Origin: an uncultured Gemmatimonadales bacterium
GTDB lineage: Bacteria; Gemmatimonadota; Gemmatimonadetes; Gemmatimonadales; GWC2-71-9
Direction of reading: 5' to 3'
DNA: 64,000 nt
Assembly: GCA_963705985.1 (NCBI GenBank)
Contig: CAVPLK010000006.1
Span: 347,067-411,066 of the forward strand
In this document: one piece after another, positions 52,244 to 60,276 of the stretch
How the letters are laid out: each line of letters starts with the position of its first letter
How positions within the stretch are numbered: position 1 is the stretch's first letter
Program-made: the position numbers and the translations under genes
Notes under the pieces: model-generated
Told to the model about the DNA's origin: nothing
What the model saw: only the letters and a program-made list of their open reading frames with translations
Database searches by the model: none

Positions 52244-52726
52244 TTGGCAGCGATGCAGAAGATCAGCTTGGTGGCAGGTTTGGCCGTCCTGGTGGCGGCG
52301 TGTGGCGGCGAGAACAAGGCTCCGGAGCAGGCTCCGGCGGCGACCCCGGCGGCTGACATGGCTCCGGCAACGGCGCCCGCGGCGACCGGTGCGACGCACG
52401 ACGTCAAGATGGAGTTCGATGGCAAGATCTACCACTTCGTTCCCGCGACGCTGACCATCAAGGCCGGCGATGTCGTGAACTTTCACAACGTCAGCGGCGG
52501 CCCGCACAACGTCGCGTTCTGGGCTGACAGCATCCCGACCGGCGCAGCGGCCGTGCTCGGCGCCAACATGCCCGACCAGCTCCAGCCCCTGTCCGGGACG
52601 ATGTTGGTGGTGCAGGACGCCGTGTACAGCATCTCGTTTGCCGGCGCCCCAGAGGGCGAGTACAAGTACTACTGCCTGCCGCACCTCGCGATGGGTATGC
52701 GCGCCGTCATCACGGTCGACGACTGA
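52244..52726 (+). CDS. blue (type 1) copper protein, plastocyanin/auracyanin-like lipoprotein
   Basis: Lipobox LVAAC, then an Ala/Pro-rich tether, then a cupredoxin domain. Cu ligand pattern GGPHNVAF ... YYCLPHLAMGM (H, C-x2-H-x4-M). Confidence 0.85.
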   Translation: MAAMQKISLVAGLAVLVAACGGENKAPEQAPAATPAADMAPATAPAATGATHDVKMEFDGKIYHFVPATLTIKAGDVVNFHNVSGGPHNVAFWADSIPTGAAAVLGANMPDQLQPLSGTMLVVQDAVYSISFAGAPEGEYKYYCLPHLAMGMRAVITVDD

Positions 52727-52763
52727 CGATGGCGCCGTAGTCAGGCGGGGCAGGGCGGCAGCT

Positions 52764-52796
52764 GGGCAGGGAGGCGGTTAGACGGCCTCCCTGCCC
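52764..52796. terminator. 12-bp perfect hairpin between the convergent cupredoxin and PAP2 genes
   Basis: GGGCAGGGAGGC-GGTTAGACG-GCCTCCCTGCCC. The loop contains the PAP2 stop codon. The arm motif is shared with the 49311-49395 hairpin. Confidence 0.55.
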
Positions 52797-53629
52797 ACCT
52801 GCCTCCCGGCCTCCCTGTAGCCCCCCCCTGCCCACCACGCCCCCGCCCCCACCACGATCCCCGTCAGCGCGTCGATGCCGTAGTGCATCTGGCAATACAC
52901 CACCGAGATGATGAGCAGGCCAGCCGGGAGCAGCATCGCCATGCCGAGCCGGCGGTCGCCACGCCAGGCTCCGGAGGTGGCCGCCATCGTTGCCGCGACG
53001 TGTGACGACGGAAACGCCGCCCCGTAGGAACTCCCCGTGGCGAGCATCGCATACACGAGGCGGGCCGGGGGGTTGTCGAGGAACCAGGCATCGGGCCGCG
53101 CGAACTCGTAGTACGGCCCGACCACCGGCCAGGTCAGGAACACGAGGTAACAGGCGAGCAGCGTCAGGATGACCACATACATGGTGCGGCGGAGCGAGAA
53201 CCAGTCCCGGCGCGCCGCGAAGTAACCGACCGGCAGGAGCAGGAGCGGGTAGTAGCTCCAGTACGACGCGTGCAGGATGGTCGAGAGGAGGGTGCTCGGG
53301 AAACGGTCCCGCCAGAGGGTCTGGCTGACCTGTTCGCCGAAGAGGGCCAGTTCCCAGCGCTGCACCGTGGCGTCGTGGATGACGATGCCACCGGCGTTGA
53401 GTATGTCGATTTCGCTGTAAAAGAGAATCAGGAGAATGACGGGGTAGATCTCCCGGATGACCCGCCCCACCGGCCCGAGCCCCGGGCGCGTCACCAGCAG
53501 GATGAGCACCACCACCAGCGCATGGGCCGCCAGGAGCCACCAGCACCCCGGCGTCGTCGGCGTCCGCCAGAGCGCGAGTCCCGAGACGACCGCGACGTAG
53601 CCGAGAATCAGTTTGTCCAGCGTCCGCAT
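52778..53629 (-). CDS. PAP2-superfamily membrane protein (phosphatase or phosphotransferase fold)
   Basis: Polytopic protein with PSSHVA and HYGID motifs. The start MRTLDK overlaps the upstream stop (TGATG). Confidence 0.75.
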   Translation of the reverse strand: MRTLDKLILGYVAVVSGLALWRTPTTPGCWWLLAAHALVVVLILLVTRPGLGPVGRVIREIYPVILLILFYSEIDILNAGGIVIHDATVQRWELALFGEQVSQTLWRDRFPSTLLSTILHASYWSYYPLLLLPVGYFAARRDWFSLRRTMYVVILTLLACYLVFLTWPVVGPYYEFARPDAWFLDNPPARLVYAMLATGSSYGAAFPSSHVAATMAATSGAWRGDRRLGMAMLLPAGLLIISVVYCQMHYGIDALTGIVVGAGAWWAGGGYREAGRQVGREAV

Positions 53630-54597
53630 CAGATCCACCGCTCGGCGCGATACCACGCCATCGTCTCTGCCAGCCCCTTCGCGAGGTCCGTGGATGCACG
53701 CCAGCCGGTGTCGGCCATCAGCGCCGCGGGGCTGCCGGTCCACGCTGCCTCGAAGAACTCGTCGGCCTTTTCCGAGGAGAGGACGCTCGCGGTGCCGGTC
53801 AGCTTGGCCGCCCCGCCGATGGCGGCCAGCAGCCCGCGGCCGATGGGCTCCGGCACCGAGAGCACCAGCACGTCCCGGCCCACCGCCGTGCCGATCTGGC
53901 GGGCGAGGGCACCGGAGGTGAACACCTCAGGATGGCAGGGGAGGTAGGTCTTCCCGATCGTGTTGGGACTGGTGCCCACGGCAATCAGCGCCCCGGCGAG
54001 ATCGGGCCCGAAGATGGCCGAGAGTTCCTGCTCGCCCTTGCCGAAGACCGGCGCGAGTCCCCAGCGCGCCAGCTTGAAGAGCTTGAGGACTTCGGTGTCG
54101 CGCGGGCCGTAGACCATCGGGGGGCGCAGGATGACCCACGGAAGGGGGCTGGACCGGACCACATCTTCGCCCGCCAGCTTGCTCCGGCCGTAGGCGGTGA
54201 CGGGCCGGGGGGGCTCGCCACCGACGAGCGGGGTACCCCGGGCGGCGGGTCCGGCGGCGGCCAGGCTGGAGACGAGGACAAACCGGGGGGCACCGGACTG
54301 CTGGGCGGCGGTGAGGAGGTTGGTGGTGCCGGTGCGGTTGGCCAGCAGGAACTCGGCGTCATCCCGTGCCGCCACCCGGCCCGCCACGTGGTAGATCACC
54401 TCCACCCCTTCGGCGGCCTCGCGCAGGGCGTCGAGGGCGTCGAGGTCGCCGCGGACGAGCCGGACGCCGCGGTCGGCCAGTCCGGCGGCCTTGGCCGGGG
54501 TCCGGACCAGCGCGGTGACCTCGTCGCCGCGCTTCAGCAATGCATCGATGAGGTGACTGCCGACGAAGCCGGTACCGCCGGTGACGAGCGTTCTCAC
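53629..54597 (-). CDS. NAD-dependent epimerase/dehydratase-family SDR; candidate ceramide reductase (CerR-like)
   Basis: VTGGTGFVGSHL Rossmann motif and catalytic YGRSK. It overlaps both neighbouring genes by 4 nt or 1 nt. Confidence 0.8.
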   Translation of the reverse strand: MRTLVTGGTGFVGSHLIDALLKRGDEVTALVRTPAKAAGLADRGVRLVRGDLDALDALREAAEGVEVIYHVAGRVAARDDAEFLLANRTGTTNLLTAAQQSGAPRFVLVSSLAAAGPAARGTPLVGGEPPRPVTAYGRSKLAGEDVVRSSPLPWVILRPPMVYGPRDTEVLKLFKLARWGLAPVFGKGEQELSAIFGPDLAGALIAVGTSPNTIGKTYLPCHPEVFTSGALARQIGTAVGRDVLVLSVPEPIGRGLLAAIGGAAKLTGTASVLSSEKADEFFEAAWTGSPAALMADTGWRASTDLAKGLAETMAWYRAERWI

Positions 54598-55838
54598 AGC
54601 GGTCGGTCGTACATCCGGAGCGTCTGGTACACGGTGAAGCCCATTTTGGAGAGCCCGAGGTTCATGGCGGGATTGTCCTCCAGGATCCAGCCCCCTTCGC
54701 CCCAGTAGATCCCGTGCTCCGCGGCCTTGGTCCAGACCGCGTGGTAGAGCACCGAGTCGAGGCCGCGGCCGCGGAATTCCGGCACGACGCCGAGGAGGGG
54801 GATGCGGCAGCGGCGGAGTTTCTCGCGCTTGAGCGCCCAGAGCAGCCGGACGATGACCCAGGGCGTGAGACGGCCCTGCCGGTTGGAGCGGAAAATGACG
54901 TTGAAGTCGGGGATGGCCAGCGAGAACCCGACCGGGACCCCGTCCTTCTCCGCGAAGGTGATGAGGTCGGGGACGATGACCGGCTTGAACTGCTTGGCGA
55001 GGTGGTCGATTTCGTGGTCGGTCATGGGGACGAAGCCCCAGTTCTTTTCCCAGGACCGGTTGTACAGCGACTTGACCAGCTCGATCTCCTCGTGGAACCG
55101 CGTCATGTCGATCGGCCGGAGCGTGACGCCCATCCGGGTCTGCATGATGCTCACCGCGCGGGTGAGCCGTTCATGCACCGGCTTGTATGCCCGGAAGGTG
55201 AGGTCGCCGCCCTGGTAGATGAGCAGGTCCTTGGCTTTCACGAACCCGGCGTGTTCCACCAGCGGCACGTAGTAGGGCGGGTTGTGCGGCATCATGATGG
55301 TCGGCGGGGTGTCGAATCCGTCCACCTTGAGGCCGCACTCGTCGTTCACCGAGAAGGAAGCGGGGCCCCGCATGGTGTCGAACCCGCGGGTCCGGAGCCA
55401 GGCGGCGGCGGCGTCGAAGAGCGCGTCGGCGATGCCCTGGTCGTTTTCGCACTCGAAGAAGCCGAAGAAGCCGACCTTGTCCTCGTGGATCTGGTTGTGG
55501 AGCGTGTTGGTCTGGGCGGTGATGCGGCCGACGACGGCCCCGGCCCGCGTCGCGAGGAAGTACTCCGCCTCACCGTGTTCGAAAAAGGGGTTCTTCTTGC
55601 GGTCGAGGAGGGTCCGGACATCCATGCGCAGCGGCGGAACCCAGTTCGGGTCCGCCGCGTGCAGCCGATAGGGCAGGGCGATGAAGGCGTTGAGATCCGC
55701 GCCGGTGCGGACCGGCGTGACCTGGAGGGCTCCGTTCAGATGACGCCGAGCTCGCGACCGATTCTCGCGAAGGCCTCGAGCGCGAAATCGATCTGATCGA
55801 AGGTGTGCGTGGCCATGAGGCTGGTCCGGAGCCGGCAC
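54594..55838 (-). CDS. large GNAT-like N-acyltransferase; candidate bacterial ceramide synthase (bCerS-like)
   Basis: About 380-414 aa with two GNAT-like halves (GRITAQTN...GFFGFFE and VVPEFRGRGLDSVLY). The start is uncertain. The ATG at 55838 overlaps the upstream gene by 103 nt, and no ATG, GTG or TTG lies nearer to the upstream stop. Confidence 0.65.
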   Translation of the reverse strand: MPAPDQPHGHAHLRSDRFRARGLRENRSRARRHLNGALQVTPVRTGADLNAFIALPYRLHAADPNWVPPLRMDVRTLLDRKKNPFFEHGEAEYFLATRAGAVVGRITAQTNTLHNQIHEDKVGFFGFFECENDQGIADALFDAAAAWLRTRGFDTMRGPASFSVNDECGLKVDGFDTPPTIMMPHNPPYYVPLVEHAGFVKAKDLLIYQGGDLTFRAYKPVHERLTRAVSIMQTRMGVTLRPIDMTRFHEEIELVKSLYNRSWEKNWGFVPMTDHEIDHLAKQFKPVIVPDLITFAEKDGVPVGFSLAIPDFNVIFRSNRQGRLTPWVIVRLLWALKREKLRRCRIPLLGVVPEFRGRGLDSVLYHAVWTKAAEHGIYWGEGGWILEDNPAMNLGLSKMGFTVYQTLRMYDRPL

Positions 55839-56944
55839 TGGGCCGGGGGGACGGCCGGCGGGGCCACCGGGTTGGTGAAGACGCCGGCGTCGAACAGCTT
55901 TCGCCAGAAGAGGAAGGTGGTCTCGAGGGGGCCGATCAGTACCGGCACGATGGGGGTCTCGGTCGGCCCGATGTCGAAGCCGAGGGTACGGAACCCATCC
56001 TGCAGGCGCCGGGTGTTGGCCCAGAGGGCCTCGCGGCGTTCCGGCTCCTGCTGCATGACTTCGAGCGCTGCGAGCACGCCGGCGGTGTTGGCCGGGGGGA
56101 GCGAGGCGGTGAAGATGAGCGGCCGGCAGTGGTGGCGCAGGTAGTCGATGACGTTGGCGCGGGCGGCGACGAACCCGCCGATGGAGGCCAGTGACTTCGA
56201 GAAGGTGCCGGCGATGATATCGACGTCGTCGGTCATGCCGAAATGGGCGGCGGTGCCGTCGCCCTTGGGCCCGAGGACACCGAGGGAGTGGGCGTCGTCG
56301 ATGGCCAGGGCGGCGCCGTGCTTCCGGGCCAGGCCGGAGAGGCCGGCAACGTCGGCGATGTCGCCTTCCATGGAATACACGCCGTCCACGATGATCATCA
56401 TCCCGCGGCCGGCGGCGGCGTCGGGGGCCATCTTGCGGTCGAGCTGGGCCAGGTTGCCGTGGTTGAAGCGGCTGGTGGTCCCGTAGGACATCTTGGCGCC
56501 ATCGACGATGGAGGCGTGGTCGAGCTTGTCGAGGTAGACGACGTCATCCTTGCCGACGAGGGCGGAGATGAGGCCGAGATTGGCGTTGTAGCCGGTGGAA
56601 AAGACGAGGCAGTCTTCCTTGCCGACAAACTGGGCGAGGGCGGCTTCGAGCTGCTGGTGCAGGTCGAGGGTGCCGTTCAGGAAGCGGCTGCCGGTGCACC
56701 CCGATCCGTAGCGGTGCAGGGCGGCGGACGCCGCCTCGAGCACCTTGGGGTGGTGGGTCAGGCCGAGGTAGTTGTTCGAGCCGAGCATGATCCGCTTTTC
56801 GCCTTCGATGACCACCACGGTGTCTTCCGACTCCGAAATGGGCTTGAAGTACGGATACAGCCCGGCTGCCCTGATCTCATCGACCTTGGTGAAATCACGG
56901 CACTTGTCGAACAGCGCGACGTGCGGAATGGTCTGAGTGGTCAC
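55736..56944 (-). CDS. PLP-dependent alpha-oxoamine synthase, serine palmitoyltransferase-like
   Basis: LGSNNYLGL, FSTGYNANLG, DDAHSLG and the PLP-lysine motif GTFSKSLASIGGF. Overall collinear with Sphingomonas Spt as I recall it. Substrate specificity is not determinable by eye. Confidence 0.8.
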   Translation of the reverse strand: MTTQTIPHVALFDKCRDFTKVDEIRAAGLYPYFKPISESEDTVVVIEGEKRIMLGSNNYLGLTHHPKVLEAASAALHRYGSGCTGSRFLNGTLDLHQQLEAALAQFVGKEDCLVFSTGYNANLGLISALVGKDDVVYLDKLDHASIVDGAKMSYGTTSRFNHGNLAQLDRKMAPDAAAGRGMMIIVDGVYSMEGDIADVAGLSGLARKHGAALAIDDAHSLGVLGPKGDGTAAHFGMTDDVDIIAGTFSKSLASIGGFVAARANVIDYLRHHCRPLIFTASLPPANTAGVLAALEVMQQEPERREALWANTRRLQDGFRTLGFDIGPTETPIVPVLIGPLETTFLFWRKLFDAGVFTNPVAPPAVPPAQCRLRTSLMATHTFDQIDFALEAFARIGRELGVI

Positions 56945-57024
56945 GGAACCTCGGACGGGCTGGATGGTCCTGAGGGTCGCCCCCCATCGCTATGTAACAG
57001 AACGGCTTAAACTACAAAATTGGC

Positions 57025-57060
57025 GGGCAGGGCACAAGCTTGGGGGGCAGGGGGGGGGGG
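57025..57060 (+). repeat. G-tract cluster with a G11 homopolymer (G-quadruplex-capable)
   Basis: GGG-CA-GGG-CACAAGCTT-GGGGGG-CA-GGGGGGGGGGG, located in the divergent intergenic region between the spt-like gene and the M6 peptidase gene. Confidence 0.7.
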
Positions 57061-57121
57061 CGGTCACCTCGGCTCCTCCCGCCCGACACCTCCACCTGCG
57101 TCCCACGCCCACGCACCCGAC

Positions 57122-57188
57122 CGTCACCCCCGCGAAAGCGGGGGTCCAGTGCCATGAGCCCTGGATTCCCGCTTGCGCGGGAATGACG
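57122..57188 (+). repeat. REP-like palindromic element family 1 (full copy, two hairpins)
   Basis: CGTCACCCCCGCGAAAGCGGGGGTCCAGTG...CTGGATTCCCGCTTGCGCGGGAATGACG with hairpins CCCCCGC-GAAA-GCGGGGG and ATTCCCGC-TTGC-GCGGGAAT. Near-identical to 62684-62750. Confidence 0.8.
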
Positions 57189-57203
57189 TGGTGGCCAGCG
57201 TCG

Positions 57204-57259
57204 GCCCCGCTGCCCCGCTGCCCCGCTGCCCCGCTGCCCCGCTGCCCCGCTGCCCCGCC
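57204..57259 (+). repeat. tandem octamer repeat (GCCCCGCT) x6 plus one degenerate unit
   Basis: Six perfect 8-nt units from 57204 to 57251, then GCCCCGCC. Confidence 0.9.
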
Positions 57260-57343
57260 CCGGCAATCCGGCGCATTGAGTTTCTGTAATCCGGGCGGTA
57301 TGTTCTGCCACCCCACTTTCGTCTCCCAAACCGGAGTCGTCCA

Positions 57344-59344
57344 TTGCGGTTCAATTCGGTCATTCCGTCCCTGATCGGGACGGCGGTTGTTCTGCTGGCT
57401 GGAGTCGCGCCGGCTGAGGCGCAGTACCCTCGGGCGCGTCCCGGGCAGTTTGAGGTCCGGGGCCTCGATTTCCGGCCCTCCGGTGCCTGGCGGAAGCGGA
57501 CCGCTGCCATTCGGGCCACCCGGCAGTCGCTGCTCGCGGCCGGTCAATTCGGGTCGCTGAACGCCAGCATGCCGGGCGCGTCGGCCACGGTCGTCACCGG
57601 CACCTTCGTGATCCCCGTGGTGGCGATTCGATTCTCGAACACCGACACCCTCACGCTGTTCACCACGGCGCAGTACCAGGACGTGCTCTTCTCGCCGGCG
57701 CCGGCGGTGAATCCCTACAGCCTCAAGACCTACTACGAGCAGCTGGCCAACGGCAACATCACGATGACCGGCGTCGTGTTTCCCTGGGTCGCGGCCGATT
57801 CGAGCGCAGCCTACTACGAAAACGGCTGTAACGGCATCGGCGTGCAGAACCCCTGCCCGGACGGCGGCGCCCGGTTCGGCACCATGCTGATCGGCGCGCT
57901 GACCAAGTTGTCCAATCGCGCCGACTCGTTGACGGTGTGGGCGGCCTTCGACAACGACGGCCCGGACGGCGTCCCCAACTCCGGGGACGATGACGGGTAC
58001 GTGGACTTCGTCACCTTTATCCAGCCCGAGGTCGATGGCGCCTGCGGCACCGTCCACATCTGGGCCCACCGCTGGGTCATGGAAGGGTGGACCGGCGGGT
58101 CGCCGTTCGTGACCAAGACCGACCGGGCCGGCGGCGGCAAGATCCGGGTGTCCGACTACACCATCCAGAGCGGCCAGGGCGGCAACAGCTCCTGCACGGC
58201 GGGCCAGATCATGCCGATCGGCACGGTGGCGCACGAGACCGGCCACGCCTTCGGCCTGCCCGACCTCTATGACACCCAGACCGGGACCCAGGGCATCGGC
58301 GAGTTTGGCCTGATGGGCTCCGGCAACTACGCCCGCGCCTACAGCCCCTCCCGCATGGAGGGGTGGTCGCTGCTGGAACTCGGCTGGGTCAAGGCCGACA
58401 CCATCTCGACGACCGGGACCGTCACCATGAATCCGGTGGCCACCGCCGACACGGTGCGGATCCTCACGACCCCGACGTCGGGCGAGTACTTCATTCTCGA
58501 GAACCGCGCGGCGATCGAGAGCGACACCGCGCAAATGAACCCGGCCTACAGCCGGGCCAAGTCGCCGGGGCTCTACATCTGGCACATCGACCAGTCCCGG
58601 ATCAACGCCGGCCTCAACACCAACACCGTCAACACCGGGAGCATCCAGGGCGTGGCGCTGATGCAGGCCGACGGCCTGAACCAGCTCCGGGCGCCGTCCG
58701 GACAGAATAATCGCGGCGACCTGGGCGATGCCTTCCCCGGATCGACCGGCAACACCGTGTTCAATTCCAACACGAATCCGGCGTTCCGCACCAATGCCGG
58801 TGCGGCGCTTCCGGGCCTGATCGACTCCATCCGCATCGGCGGCGGTCAAGCCGTGCTCTTCCGGTACCGGAAGGAAAACCTGCTGCGGGTGACCAAGTTC
58901 GGCACCGGCACCGGGACCATTCAGTCGACCGTGCCAGGCGACCTGGCGGCCGGCGTGAGTGTCACTCCGGGTACGGTGGTGACCCTGACGGCCGTCCCCA
59001 CCGCGGGGCACAACTTTGCCGGCTGGGCGGGCGATACCACCTCCACCAACCTGGAGATGATCGTCACCATGGACCGGAACTGGGTGCTCACCGCCCAGTT
59101 CACCTTCGTGGCGCCGTTCACCACCACGGCAGCCGCCAACGACCTGCTGGGCGTCCCGTCGCTCTCCGCGGCGCAGCGCGCGCTGCTGGACGACGAGGGC
59201 AACGACAACGGCACCTACGACCTCGGCGACTTCCTGGCCTGGGTCGACGCGTCGAGCGCGGGTGTTCCCCCTGAATTGCTGGCCAAACTGCTTGCCGCGG
59301 CAGGCCCGACTACGGCGCAGACGCCGAAGGGAGTGACCCCATGA
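57344..59344 (+). CDS. secreted M6-family (immune inhibitor A-like) metallopeptidase with C-terminal repeat and dockerin-like segment
   Basis: Signal peptide, zinc motif HETGHAFGLPDLYD, GLMGSGN, the repeat VTLTAVPTAGHNFAGWAGD and DDEGNDNGTYDLGDFLAWV. Confidence 0.85.
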   Translation: MRFNSVIPSLIGTAVVLLAGVAPAEAQYPRARPGQFEVRGLDFRPSGAWRKRTAAIRATRQSLLAAGQFGSLNASMPGASATVVTGTFVIPVVAIRFSNTDTLTLFTTAQYQDVLFSPAPAVNPYSLKTYYEQLANGNITMTGVVFPWVAADSSAAYYENGCNGIGVQNPCPDGGARFGTMLIGALTKLSNRADSLTVWAAFDNDGPDGVPNSGDDDGYVDFVTFIQPEVDGACGTVHIWAHRWVMEGWTGGSPFVTKTDRAGGGKIRVSDYTIQSGQGGNSSCTAGQIMPIGTVAHETGHAFGLPDLYDTQTGTQGIGEFGLMGSGNYARAYSPSRMEGWSLLELGWVKADTISTTGTVTMNPVATADTVRILTTPTSGEYFILENRAAIESDTAQMNPAYSRAKSPGLYIWHIDQSRINAGLNTNTVNTGSIQGVALMQADGLNQLRAPSGQNNRGDLGDAFPGSTGNTVFNSNTNPAFRTNAGAALPGLIDSIRIGGGQAVLFRYRKENLLRVTKFGTGTGTIQSTVPGDLAAGVSVTPGTVVTLTAVPTAGHNFAGWAGDTTSTNLEMIVTMDRNWVLTAQFTFVAPFTTTAAANDLLGVPSLSAAQRALLDDEGNDNGTYDLGDFLAWVDASSAGVPPELLAKLLAAAGPTTAQTPKGVTP

Positions 59345-59751
59345 ACTCGATCGTGACTCGGGGCTCCGCCCTCCTCGCCGCCCTCGTGGTGGCCAGTGCG
59401 TGCAGCAGCAGCGACGGCGGCGGTGGCCCGACCGGGCCGGTACCCGGCCCGGTTCGGGTGCTGCTGACCAGCCCCAACACCGACGACGGCGCCATCATGT
59501 TCCAGGTCACGGGCGTGGTCGATTCCGTGGCCGCCCCGGCCGGGCTGACGCTCTACCAGTCGAGCCCCGGCCCGAACGTGATCCGCGCCATCGTGACCGG
59601 CAACGTTGCCACGGGAAGCAATCTGCTGACCCTCTACGTGGCCGACGTCGGCAATACGTCCGGCATCACGACCCAGATGCTGCAGGTGGCCGCGCGGGTC
59701 ACCTATACGCAGCGCCCCGTGGGCAGCTACAGCCTGCAGGTGCAGAAGTAA
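59341..59751 (+). CDS. hypothetical lipoprotein coupled to the M6 peptidase
   Basis: The ATG overlaps the peptidase stop (ATGA). Lipobox VVASAC followed by a Gly/Pro linker. Confidence 0.6.
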   Translation: MNSIVTRGSALLAALVVASACSSSDGGGGPTGPVPGPVRVLLTSPNTDDGAIMFQVTGVVDSVAAPAGLTLYQSSPGPNVIRAIVTGNVATGSNLLTLYVADVGNTSGITTQMLQVAARVTYTQRPVGSYSLQVQK

Positions 59752-59817
59752 CTCTTCCCGCTTGACGCCGCCCGGGGGAGTGCCGTTAGTTCAGGCACTC
59801 CTTTCCGGGTCGGCACC

Positions 59818-60276
59818 GTGCAGTACACCCTCCGCATCAACGGCATCTCCACCGACGTGGACGTCGATCCCGACACGCCCCTCCTCTGGGTGTTGCGGGA
59901 CCATCTCCACCTGACCGGCACCAAGTTCGGGTGCGGCGTCGGGCAGTGTGGCGCCTGCACCGTGCACCTTGACGGGGAGGCCACCCGCTCCTGCCAGTGG
60001 ATCGTCCGCGACATCGGGTCGAGACGGATCACGACCATCGAGGGGCTCTCCGATGACGGGAGTCACCCGGTCCAGCAGGCGTGGCTGCGGGAACAGGTTC
60101 CGCAGTGCGGGTATTGCCAGGTCGGGCAGATCATGTCGGCATCCGCGCTGCTCGCCGCCACGCCCCATCCCACCGACAGCGACATCGACACCGCCATGGC
60201 CGGGAATATCTGCCGGTGCGGCACCTACGAGCGGATTCGGCGGGCCATCCACCGCGCCGCGGGAGACGCAGCGTGA
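59818..60276 (+). CDS. (2Fe-2S)-binding small subunit of an IorAB / aldehyde oxidoreductase-type molybdoenzyme
   Basis: [11 protein letters not shown] and CGYCQ...CRCGTY cluster motifs. GTG start. Confidence 0.85.
   Translation: MQYTLRINGISTDVDVDPDTPLLWVLRDHLHLTGTKFGCGVGQCGACTVHLDGEATRSCQWIVRDIGSRRITTIEGLSDDGSHPVQQAWLREQVPQCGYCQVGQIMSASALLAATPHPTDSDIDTAMAGNICRCGTYERIRRAIHRAAGDAA

Noticed and set aside
57204-57259. Possible CRISPR array suggested by tandem repeats
   Set aside because: The units are 8 nt long and contiguous with no spacers, and there are no cas genes in the window. This is a microsatellite, not a CRISPR array.
56990-59011. 673-aa minus-strand ORF covering the spt-M6 intergenic repeats and most of the M6 peptidase gene
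   Set aside because: It is antisense to a gene with clear family motifs. Its sequence is Arg/Gly/Ala/Pro-rich low complexity, typical of GC-driven shadow ORFs, and its N-terminal part simply translates the REP and octamer repeats.
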